64,000 nucleotides of DNA from Pseudomonadota bacterium. Lineage in GTDB: Bacteria > Desulfobacterota > Desulfobacteria > Desulfobacterales > RPRI01. The translations under genes and the position numbers were made by a program. The stretch covers positions 34,299 through 98,298 of the forward strand of contig JBDRRF010000005.1 of the NCBI GenBank assembly GCA_043825875.1. Direction: 5' to 3'. Positions 47,701-58,500 of this stretch are shown piece after piece (within the stretch, counting starts at the first letter, position 1; each line of letters starts with the position of its first letter). A model generated the notes under the pieces. The model saw nothing but the letters and a program-made list of their open reading frames with translations. It was not told the origin of the DNA and searched no databases.

Positions 47701-47881
47701 TTTCAAAACTTTTCAGTTTGGTAAAGCTCAAGGCGGTCGAAAATTTCAACCACAGGAATACATCAAGTATCTCGAGGATAGCGTTAAAGGTTAGCGCTTA
47801 TGCTTCACTACGTGTCACTTCGTGTGAAATTTGAACCAACGGCTTAAGATCGGCTAAAATGGAGCGTTTTGAAACTGGCTC
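47701..47881. mobile_element. MITE-like dispersed repeat
   Basis: Terminal inverted repeats TTTCAAAAC (47701) / GTTTTGAAA (47866-47874), non-coding interior, partial second copy at 37094-37134. Confidence 0.65.
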
Positions 47882-48124
47882 AAACTGTGTAAGAGAGGAT
47901 ATTATTCCACTTGGTATTAATAAAACTCAATATACATTAAATCAGTCAAGTGTGGCAAAACAAAAAACTCTCCGGTTATTAATATGTGATATAAAAGTCT
48001 GTATTACTCATCTTCACACAAGTAAAACAAAAAGAAATTTACCTGTTACAATCAGTTGCGCTTATGATTCAAACCTTGCCTTATGTTAGTGTTTATGCTA
48101 ATGATATTAAATATTAACATAATT

Positions 48125-48173
48125 CACACGCAAGGGGGTTTACCACATAAATTCATGCCTATCCGTGGCGTAC
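48125..48173 (-). mobile_element. Degenerate 5' end of a group IIC-attC intron
   Basis: Minus strand TTGT|GTACGCCACGGATAGGCATGAA..., resembling GTRCGCCCGGCATGGGC intron starts inserted after TTGT in the attC bottom strand. Confidence 0.45.
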
Positions 48174-48229
48174 ACAAGACCAACGCAGCCGAGGCCTTAA
48201 ACATATGGCTGATTAGCAGATTTTAGAGC
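48174..48229 (+). mobile_element. Degenerate attC-like site
   Basis: ACAAG...GCAGCCGA...GGCTGATTAGC...TTTAGAGC (R' degenerate from GTTRRRY), just upstream of a gene. Confidence 0.5.
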
Positions 48230-48244
48230 AAAGGAAAATAAATT

Positions 48245-49183
48245 ATGAAAGATGTATCAAAAAAAGTTGGTTTTGAGAAAAGTAATTACTGTAAACTTAT
48301 TGCGAGATATTCGGTAAGTTTAGTTGGCTGCTTGATATTTATTTTATTATCTTTTGGGGCTTTAAGGGCGGAAGCGCAATGGCCTCATCTTGTTTCTTCC
48401 AGGGATGGCACTCCTATTTCTTATGAGATTTATGGCACTGGCGAACCGGTTCTTGTGTTCGTTCATGGCTGGAGTTGCGATGCCCGCTACTGGCGTGCAC
48501 AGTTGTCATATTTTTCTAAAAAATATCGTGTTGTCGTGCTTGATCTTGCCGGTCATGGTCAATCAGGTTTTACGCGTTCACAGTATAGCATGAAGGCTTT
48601 CGGAGAAGATGTTTGTGCGGTTGCGGAGACAACCGGAAGTAGTAGAATTATTCTGATAGGGCATTCCATGGGCGGTCCGGTTATTGCCGAAGTTGCCAGA
48701 CTAATGCCGAACCGTGTTATCGGATTAATTGGCATAGATACTTTTGAAAACATAGAATATCCGTTGACCCCAAAAGAGTTTGAGCAGATGATAGCGCCTC
48801 TTAAAAAAGATTTTTCAGCAGGATGCCGGGCATTTGTTACGAATATGATTTCTCCTAAAACTGATCCTGTGCTTCGCGAATGGATTCTTTCGGATATGTC
48901 AGCTGCCCCACCTGCGGTTGCTTTAAGTGCTATGAAGGAGATGATGTCACAATTTATTACAGGGGAAGCGGCTAAAATATTTGATGAGATCCGTATACCT
49001 GTTGTTACTGTAAAAGGAGATTTATGGCCCGTAAATTATGAAGCAAACCGGAGGCATATGTTTTCATTCGATACAATTGTTTTAAAAGAAGCGGATCATT
49101 TTTTAATGATGGATCGTGTAAAAGATTTTAACAATGCTTTGGAAAAGGCAATAGATAAGATTTTGCAAAAAAAGGTTAATTGA
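48245..49183 (+). CDS. Alpha/beta-fold hydrolase, exported
   Basis: VFVHGWSC, DLAGHG, GHSMGG nucleophile elbow, C-terminal HFLMM. Confidence 0.92.
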   Translation: MKDVSKKVGFEKSNYCKLIARYSVSLVGCLIFILLSFGALRAEAQWPHLVSSRDGTPISYEIYGTGEPVLVFVHGWSCDARYWRAQLSYFSKKYRVVVLDLAGHGQSGFTRSQYSMKAFGEDVCAVAETTGSSRIILIGHSMGGPVIAEVARLMPNRVIGLIGIDTFENIEYPLTPKEFEQMIAPLKKDFSAGCRAFVTNMISPKTDPVLREWILSDMSAAPPAVALSAMKEMMSQFITGEAAKIFDEIRIPVVTVKGDLWPVNYEANRRHMFSFDTIVLKEADHFLMMDRVKDFNNALEKAIDKILQKKVN

Positions 49184-49269
49184 TATTTTCAAGTTAACAA
49201 ATATCAGATAAACTGTTTGTTACTATCTCATATTCATAAAAGCAAACAACTTACCCGGAGGATAAAACT

Positions 49270-50634
49270 ATGAGCACAGAAAGATTTGTTGTCATCGGAG
49301 GCAATGCTGCCGGGATGACGGCAGCAGTAAAAGCCAGACGTTTAAATAAGAATCTTGAAATTATTGTGTTTGAAAAAAGTCCTCATATTTCATACGGCAC
49401 CTGAGGTATTCCTTATTTTATCGGCAGGTTGGTCGATAGTATTGAAAAGCTGAAAGGAAAAACCGTATCGGAGTTTAAGAAAAATAATGACGTAGATGTG
49501 AAATTATTTCACGAAGTAAAAGAAATCGATCTCAAACAGGGCAAATTACTAGTTCAGGAAAAAGATAATTTAAAAGACCGGTGGGAATCTTTTGATAAAC
49601 TGATGGTAGCAACAGGTGCTTTTCCAATAAAACCTCCTGTTGAAGGAATAGATGCAAAAGGAATATTCGGGGTAAACAACCTTGAAAGCGGATTGGCTTT
49701 AAAAGATTATATTGAAAAAATTAAGCCTAAAAAAGCTGTAGTTATAGGTGGCGGCTACATCGGGCTTGAAATGGCGGAAAACCTGCTTTTGCTGGGAATG
49801 GAAGTCAGTCTTATCGAAAGAGCTTCTGAAGTTATGCTGACTTTAGATACTGACATGGGAGCACTGGTTTCAGATGCTTTGATTGAAGCAGGTGTTAAGC
49901 TTTATAGAAACGAAAGTCTTACGGGTTTTGAAATCAACAAAGGTTATGTTCACTCGGTAGTAACCGACAAAAGGACATTTGAGGCCGACCTTGTTATACT
50001 TGGTATGGGCGTAAAACCGAATACTTTACTTGTTAAAGGTACGGGAATAAAAATTGGAATAACAGGAGCCATTGAGGTTGACACTACAATGCATACAACG
50101 GCTGACAATGTTTGGGCCGGAGGTGATTGCGCCGAATCTTTTCACCTGATCAGCAAACAGCCAGTAAATATTGCTTTAGGTACCGTGGCAAACAAGCATG
50201 GCAGGGTAGTCGGAACAAATGTAGGCGGAGGATACTCCACTTTCCTCGGGTTGGTCGGTACAGCCGTAACTAAAATTGGCAAGATCGAAGTTGCGCGTAC
50301 CGGTCTTCAGGAGAAAGAGATTAAGCAAACAGAGTTGGAATATTATATTACATCTGTTACGGAAAGCATGACCCGTGCAGGTTATTATCCGAATTCAGGT
50401 CCTATCTGGGTTAAAATACTGGCTGAAAAGAAAAGCGGTAAGCTTTTGGGCGCCCAGATTGTTGGAGAAGCCGGTTCCGCTAAACGTATTGATATACTTG
50501 CAACGGCACTGCACGCAGGTTTAACGGTTGAAGAAATAGCCGATCTTGACTTAAGCTATGCTCCGCCAATTTCTCCCCTGTGGGACCCTGTAGCTATTGC
50601 CGCACGCATTGCAATGAAAAAGTTGAGTGAATAA
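49270..50634 (+). CDS. Selenocysteine-containing CoA-disulfide reductase / NADH oxidase family flavoprotein (454 aa, Sec45)
   Basis: GGAGGA RBS, ATG 49270, VVIGGNAAGMTAA FAD motif, SYGT-TGA-GIPY at the redox Cys position, in frame with ORF 49429-50634 (GGGYIGLEMAE, DLSYAPP). Confidence 0.88.
49418..49439 (+). promoter_or_regulatory. Candidate bacterial SECIS hairpin
   Basis: TATCGGC-AGGTTG-GTCGATA stem-loop, G-containing loop ~22 nt downstream of the UGA at 49402-49404. Confidence 0.65.
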
Positions 50635-50744
50635 AAGTGTGCTGAAGGAGAAAAGCAATTATCCGCAGTTGTATTGTTAAACATACAGAAGAAAAAGATT
50701 AGTGAAAGTTGTGGATATTACGGCCAGAAGGATAATAATGCGTA

Positions 50745-51962
50745 TCAGAACCCCGGACCTGTAAATGTTCTTTTCCGGGATATAGCGGCGTCCAGTTTTT
50801 TTTTAAAATGCCGTTTAAGTTTCAGGCGATTCCAGTAAGTCATAGGAGTTTTGTATACTTTTGCTTTGCCTGCCAATGTGGCATCAGGTTCAAAGTAAAG
50901 GTCAATAATGTGATCTGTTTGCATGGATTGATTCAAATGATTAGCGCATCCGGCACAATAAGTGATAACCCGTTTTCCGTCATGTTCCTGTTTTCTGGTA
51001 CCTATCCATTTTTCGGATAGTTTGGGAGACAAAAAACGTACTGATCCGCCTTCACCGCAGCATAGTGTTTTTTCTTTTGAATGAGGCATTTCATAAATGG
51101 AAATCCCCAGTTTTTCTATGAGCTTTCTCACAGAGTTTTGTACCGGTTCCTTAAAACGCAGGGCACATGGGTCATGAACAGTCACAGTTTGCACCGGGCT
51201 TTTCACCTTGGGAATATCTGTTTTGGCAAGAAACTCATAGACACTCATGACGGAGATATTGCCGCCGTATTGATCAAAGATTTTGTAGCAATTGGGACAG
51301 GCCACCAATATTGTTCTGATTCCGTTTTGAATAAGATAATCTTTCATTTCTTTAAACATGGCACTAAAAAAAACATCCCTACCAAGGTCATGAGAAGGCT
51401 TCGTGCAGCAGTCAAAAACAATTCCAATTGAGGGGAATTTTTGTTGTATGAGTTCAAACAGCTTAAGAGTTTTATCGGGTCTTGTGCCGGGAAGTGAACA
51501 GCCGGGGAAAAAAATCGTATCACATCCTTTTGGCAAACCATACCATGAGAATAGTTTTGATGTGCCTTTTTTTTCATAGGCCAAAATCTTGCTATGTTCC
51601 CGGAACACTCCGGCCCCTTGTTTAACGGCATCCCTACGCATTTCAAGAAACATATCAGCCGGATTTACATCTACCGGACATACGGCAGCACATAACCCGC
51701 AGAGGTTGCATTCAAAGGCCATGTTCGTTAAGGTTTTATCTGCTATATCAAAAATATCTGCAATTTCTTTGGGCTTGCCGTATTGTCTTAGAAATGCACA
51801 TTCTTTCTGGCAGAGTGTGCAATTGGTGCATTTTTGAGAGATGGTCTGCAATACTTCATGTAAGGTGGAATGTGGGATTGCTGAAGATAATTCGGTTTTT
51901 CTTGAATAGGAACTATTATTCATATCAGCCATGCTCTGACTCATTAATATGATGTTCTCCAT
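50745..51962 (-). CDS. Fe-S oxidoreductase (GlpC/HdrD-like, 4Fe-4S plus CCG domains)
   Basis: CTNCTLCQKEC, CNLCGLCAAVCP, FFPGC, ACPNC, HDPC, CCGEGG, YCAGC; start uncertain. Confidence 0.88.
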   Translation of the reverse strand: MENIILMSQSMADMNNSSYSRKTELSSAIPHSTLHEVLQTISQKCTNCTLCQKECAFLRQYGKPKEIADIFDIADKTLTNMAFECNLCGLCAAVCPVDVNPADMFLEMRRDAVKQGAGVFREHSKILAYEKKGTSKLFSWYGLPKGCDTIFFPGCSLPGTRPDKTLKLFELIQQKFPSIGIVFDCCTKPSHDLGRDVFFSAMFKEMKDYLIQNGIRTILVACPNCYKIFDQYGGNISVMSVYEFLAKTDIPKVKSPVQTVTVHDPCALRFKEPVQNSVRKLIEKLGISIYEMPHSKEKTLCCGEGGSVRFLSPKLSEKWIGTRKQEHDGKRVITYCAGCANHLNQSMQTDHIIDLYFEPDATLAGKAKVYKTPMTYWNRLKLKRHFKKKLDAAISRKRTFTGPGF

Positions 51963-52597
51963 TATAAGTCAAAATAAAAGAAAATTAGATTATCGATTAT
52001 TGACGATTGAAATTAATTTCTTAAATTATTGATTAAAAGGTATATTGTCAAATTGATAATTTTTATACCTTCAGGGTTAATGTATTAACAATTTATATGC
52101 TGGATAACACCGGGGTATATTAAAATAAAAATTGTTAATTAATTGAAAATCTGTTAAGCGAAGATAATAGTAATAAGGAACAGTTTCTTCCGTATCAATA
52201 TATCAAATCATGGCAATGAAATTTAATAAGTTAACTTCAAGTATTATTTTGCTGAGCAAAATATAAGAATGATCAGCCATCAATAAATGTCCGTGTGTAA
52301 ATGCCTCCTGAAGGAATCGAAAAAGTTGTTTGCGAAATAATTACTACAAGCGCTATGGGGCGTATTGAGATATATCTTTTAGTCTGGCATTTCCTTAGTT
52401 CCGTGCGTTATATAAGTAAAAGAAGAGAAGAAAATACTTCCACACGTTCCACCGGCTTGCTGATATAACCATGTTGTGACAGGCATATGACCTGTGGGAT
52501 AGGCTTTTGGGGGTAATATATATATTTGCTTTAAAATTGACGGAAGAAGCCTGGATAATAATTATTATAATTAAATTACTGACGGGGGTGAAAAGGA

Positions 52598-55500
52598 ATG
52601 AAAAAAGTAATCTATGCAGTAGCGCTGTTAATTTTCTTATGTACATTTGATTATGCATGGGCCGCTGATCCAAGTTTCGACTGTGCCAAAGCATCCCAGA
52701 GAGTTGAGCATGTGATTTGTCAGTCAGACAAATTGTCCCGTCAGGATTTGAAATTATCCAAGCTTTACGAGAAGGTCATGGAGAAGCTGACCGATGATGC
52801 TAAAAAGGAAATTAAAACTGAGCAGTTGGCCTGGTTAAAAAATAGAAACCAGGTATGTGATCTTAGTGATAATGAAGCTAAAAAGTGTTTACTAGAACAA
52901 TATCGCAAGAGAAACACTGAACTGGCGGCTATGCTGGCGTTTGATTCCTCCGATAACCCTACCGATAACGAACTAAACATATTAAGAATTACACCTAAAG
53001 GCAATGATGTGCTTGCAGGGCAGCAAGTGGTATTTCAATTCGACAGGCCTGTGGTGCCGATTGGTAGGATGGAGCGTGATTCCAAAGATATCCCTGTCAG
53101 CATTTACCCGCAGTTAAATTGTGAGTGGCGTTGGTTAAATACAAGTGCTTTGGCATGCCGGCTTCGTGAAGAAGACAAGATGAAGCAGGCCACGCAATAT
53201 GAAGTAATTATGAAGCCGGGGATAAAAACTGAAAACGGAGGCGAGTTAAAAGCAAAAGTTTCTCATTCCTTTATAACTACTCGTCCAAAAGTAACTTATA
53301 CGCGGTTTATTAATTGGTTGTCACCGGGAACTCCTTTAATTCAAGTTACCTTTAATCAACCTGTTACCAAAACTTCGGTTGAAAAATCATTAACTATGAC
53401 TACAAGAAGAACAGATATTAATGACCCGGTTGCGATTGTTGCTTTTCCGGATGATATGCCAAGAACGCAACCGTGGTGGATGATCTTTGCTGATGAAGAT
53501 GAGAAATCTGATGCCCAAAATATGGTAAATGACCAGTTCGCTAAATTGGATGGGGATGAAGCACGTAAAGTGTGGATAGTTGAACCAAAGAAAGAATTAC
53601 CCCTTGACAGTACAATCTGGTTTGATGTCAGTCCTGGTTTGGTGTCGAGTGACGGTGCTGAGCTTGGAGTGGAAAATCGTACAATCGTCAGTTTTGAAAC
53701 ATATCCAGAATTTAAATTATATGGCTTGCGTTGTACCCCGAAAGGGGAACGTCATGGTACAGATATTTTTTTGGAGAACTTTATTCAATTTGAAGAAGAA
53801 CGACCGTTTTATAAACAGTGCGCACCGTTAAAGCCTGTTGCATTGGTGTTTAGCTCTCCGGTAAAAAATTCCATGGTAAAAAATCATGTGAGTTTTTTGC
53901 CAGGATTAGATGGCGACCGTAAAGATTATGATCCATGGGAAAACACTCATGACTGGACCCACCTGACTTATCCGCATAGGTCCGGACGAAATTATCAGGT
54001 ATGGTTGCCGGAACTATTACAGGCCAATCAAAAATACTCAGTTTCCATTGATGTAGATAATTTCGAAGATGAATTCGGGCGCAAACTTAAAAATAAAGCG
54101 GATTTTGATTTTTTTACAAGTCACCGTGAACCAAATTTAAAACTGAATCTTAATTATGCAGTTTTGGAAAAAGGTGTAGAAAGTGATGTTCCCTTATATG
54201 TAACAAATTTAAACAGAGTTATAGTTAGCTACGACAAATTGGGAGATACAAGTACAGGCAGAGGTCTTACGGAAGAAATTGCGGTTAAAAACGCCGAAGA
54301 TATTTCCTATGCCATTCCCATGGGTGTAAGAAAACTTATAGGTGATGATACCGGTATACTCTACGGTAGCGTACATCCTGACCCGACTCCTCCGGGTTGG
54401 TATTATGATCCCATAATACTTGCCCAGGTAACTCCTTATCAGGTGCATTTTAAAGCAGGTCATTTCAATTCGCTGGCATGGGTAAGCACATTTAATAATG
54501 GAGAACCGGTAAAAGGAGCCAAGGTAACTTTGCTTAAAGGTTTTTACAAAGATTTGCCGGGGCTTTACGATATGCAAATTTCAGCAACTACGAATGTAAA
54601 TGGTTTGGCTGAGTTGCCCGGCCTGTCTGAAATTGACCCTGAACTGGAAATTATCTATGGCGGATGGAGAGATGATAAACCATCTTTTTTTGCAAAAGTA
54701 GAACATAAGGGCGATATCGCTGTTCTTCCACTTAGAAACGAGTTTTCAGTAAGTGGAAGTGGTGCATACCCCAGATTGCAAAAAAAAGGAGGTCATACTC
54801 ATTCATGGGGAACCACGGCTCAAGGTATCTACAAACTGGGGGATACAATTCAGTTTAAAATTTATGTTCGTGAGCAAAGCAACAAAAAATGGATATCACC
54901 GGTAAAAGAAGGATATCTATTACAGGTTTTTGATCCACAAAGCAAAATTGTCTATGAACAAAAAGATGTAACCTTAAATGAATTTGGATCTTTTGACGGA
55001 GCTTTTAAAGTTCCGGAACAAGGCGCTGTCGGCTGGTATCAGTTTAAGCTCATACCTCTAAACAGTTGGGATGGGAATCGTTATCGCTTTATCTGGTATC
55101 CGATGTCTGTATTGGTAAGTGACTTTACACCGGCGCCATTTAAAGTAAAAACCGAGCTAAACGGGGAGCTGTTTAAAGCAAATGATAGGGTTGAAATAAC
55201 ATCTTTGGCTACATTGCATTCGGGCGGGCCGTTTACCGAAGCGGAAGTACGATTAACCGCAAGATTAAATCAAAAATTATTTACGACCGATAACCCTAAA
55301 GCAACCGGCTTTACTTTTGGAGGCAGCAGTGGAAAATATCTGAATGCAGAGCAAAGTAATTTACTCGATATCAGAGCAAAGCTAGACGATTTTGGGCAAT
55401 ATGAGAATGCGGTTATATTGCCTGAAACTGATATTTATTTTGGCTCTATTGTGGTTGAGTCTGCGGTAAAAGATGAGAGAGGAAAGTTTGTGGCTTCTTC

Positions 55501-58500
55501 ATCTAAAGCAGACTATGCCGGGAGAAACAGGTTTGTTGGATTACGTAATACAAGTTGGTTGTATAAAAAAGACAAGCCCGCAAAGATAGAAGCACTTGTG
55601 GTTAATCAATCGGGTGATTTAGTGCCGGGCGTTGATATTTCAATTACCATTAACCACCGTGAATACAAAGCAGCACGAGTAAAAGGTCCCGGCAATGCAT
55701 ATTTAACCCAAAATATAATGGAGTGGGTTGAGGAAAGCAATTTTAACTTGAAAAGTGAAAAAGGAGCTATTGTTTGTGAATTTGTGCCAAAACAGCCGGG
55801 CTATTATCAGTTTATTGCCACTATAAAAGATGAAAAGGATAGAGAGCATAAAACTATTATTTATGGTTGGGTTACAGGAACAGGCAGAGTTATTTGGGAT
55901 CAGACAAATGATGCGACTTTGCAGATAATCCCTGAACAAACTAAATACAAGATTGGAGATACAGCCAGATATTTAATTAAAAATCCTTTTCCTGGCGCAA
56001 AAGCTCTTGTTACCATTGAGCGTTATGGAATATTGGATAGCTGGATTGAAACATTGGAAACAAGCACGCCTGTTATAAAAGTGCCTATAAAGCCTGATTA
56101 CCTGCCGGGTTTCTATTTGTCAGTAGTAGCAATCTCTCCTCGTATTGATAAGCCTCTTGGCCCTGATAAGGTGGATCTCGGAAAGCCGAGCTATCGCATG
56201 GGCTATGTAAGCGCAAAAGTTACTGACCCTTATAAGGAAATTGATATCAATATCACTACCGATAAAAAAGTATACAAGCCAAGGGAAAAGGTTAAGGCTA
56301 AGATACAAATAAATAAGAAAAATTTTGATAGCAATAAGCATTATGAAATAGCTGTTGCAGTAGTTGATGAGTCGGTATTGGCATTGAACCGAAGCGGTGA
56401 CAATTATTATGATCCTTACGCAGGGTTCAACCGCCTGGATGCTTTGGATGTAAATAACTACAGCCTGATCAGTCGTTTGGTCGGCAGGCAGAAGTTTGAG
56501 AAAAAGGGTGCTAACCAGGGTGGTGGCGGAGGAGGATCTGCTTACACAGAACTTAGAAACATGTTTAAATTTGTAAGTTATTGGAACCCTTCAATTCAAC
56601 CTGATAGCAATGGAATAGTAACAATTGAATTTGAGGTTCCGGACAATCTAACCGGTTGGCGGATTTTTGCTCTTGCAGTTACCAAAGAAGATCGAATGGG
56701 ACTTGGCGATGCTAACTTTAAAGTCAATCGACCAACGGAAATTCGTCCTGTAATGCCAAACCAGGTAATCGAAGGCGATGAATTTAAGGCCGGTTTTAAT
56801 ATAATGAACCGGACTGATAAATTGCGAAGCCTTAAGGTAAATGTTTCTGTTGATGGGCCTTTGGCTAAAGGTTCTGATAAATCATTTGCATATGATATTA
56901 AAGTTGCTCCGTACAAAAGAAAAAATATCTGGCTTCAGCTGTTAACAAAAGGAAGTGGTAGTTTAAATTTTATTGCCAAAGCCGGTGACCAAATAGATGC
57001 CGATGCTGTAGAGCATAAATTGCCGGTAAATAAGAGACGTTCGCTGGAAACAGCTTCGACATATGGCACGATAATATCTGACGGTGTAAGTGAGTCAGTA
57101 AAAGTTCCCGAAGGCATACATACCGATGTGGGGTATATTGGCGCTGTTCTCTCACCATCTGTTATTGGAAATGTTGATGGCGCTTTTAGATATATGAAAG
57201 AATATCCCTACACGTGCTGGGAGCAAAGATTGACAAAGGCTGTTGTTGCCAATTCATATATTGAATTAAAAGAGTACCTGGATGAAAAAACAAAATGGCC
57301 GGAACCAAAAGCAGATATCGAGAAAGCTTTAAATTCTGCGGCCAATTATCAAGCACCAAATGGCGGGATGGTGTATTGGATTGCATCTAATGCATATGTA
57401 AGCCCGTATCTTTCAGCCTATACGGCAATTGCTTTTAACTGGTTGCGTAGAAGTGGTTATGAGATTCCTGAAAATGTAGAAGAAAGCTTGCATGACTATT
57501 TATTAAATCTTTTGCGCAGAGATGAATTCCCAACTTTTTATACCAAAGGCATGTCTTCTTCGGTTAGGGCCGTTGCCCTGGCGGCACTGTCTGAAAGCGG
57601 AAAAATATCTGCTGATGATGTGAAAAGATATGAAGCCCATGTTCCTGAAATGGATCTTTTCGGAAAATCACATTTCTTGCAGGCGGCAATAAAAACCAAA
57701 GGTGTTTCAGCAGAGGCAATCCGGGCGACTATTAACTCCATTTTAGGGCATGCAAGCCAAACAGGAGGAAAATTCCAGTTTAATGAACCCTGGGATGATA
57801 GTTACAAATATGTTTTAGCAACACCATTGAGATCTAATTGCTCTATTTTATCCAGTCTTTTAAGCGCACAGGCAGAATCCGACCAAGGTGCGGCTATCGG
57901 TGATATACCGTTTAAGCTGGTAAGAAGTATCACTCAAAGCAGAGGCAACAGGGATCATTGGGAAAATACCCAGGAAAACGTTTTTTGCTTAAATGCGCTT
58001 ATTGATTATTCTACCATGTATGAAAAAGGTGACCCTGCCATGAAGGTATCAGTCAGCTTTGATGGTAAGAAAATAGGGGATACTTCTTTTTCTTCAAAAT
58101 CAGATCCAATGGTAACAATAAGCAGGCCTATAAGAGAAGACGACCCCGGACGTTTAGCAAAAATTGATATTAAAAAAGAAGGAGAAGGACGACTGTATTA
58201 TTCTGCGAGAATTTCCTATGATTTGAAAGAAGATAATGCAGCCAGAATTAATTCAGGAATTGAAGTGCGCAGGGAATATTCTGTTGAGCGGGATGGTAAA
58301 TTTATTCTTTTAAACAGTCCGATGGATATTAAGAGAGGAGAGCTGGTTAAAGTTGATCTGTTTGTATCGGTACCCACTGCCAGACATTTTGTTGTGATCA
58401 ATGATCCTATACCGGGCGGCCTTGAGCCGCTAAATACTGATCTTGCTACGGCATCTTCGGTTGATGCCGATAAAGGCAGTTTTAAAGCAGCCGAAGGTTC

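Noticed and set aside
47859..48089. 76-aa ORF, and the 37112 start of the GNAT gene
   Set aside because: Both ATGs come from the MITE-like repeat end; no RBS or protein-like features.
49429..50634. ORF-track start at TTG 49429
   Set aside because: Lacks the FAD-binding N-terminus; the real start is 49270 with UGA recoding.
51963..52597. Riboswitch or ncRNA in the long intergenic region before the macroglobulin gene
   Set aside because: No conserved aptamer motif or convincing structure recognised by eye; an Rfam scan would be needed.
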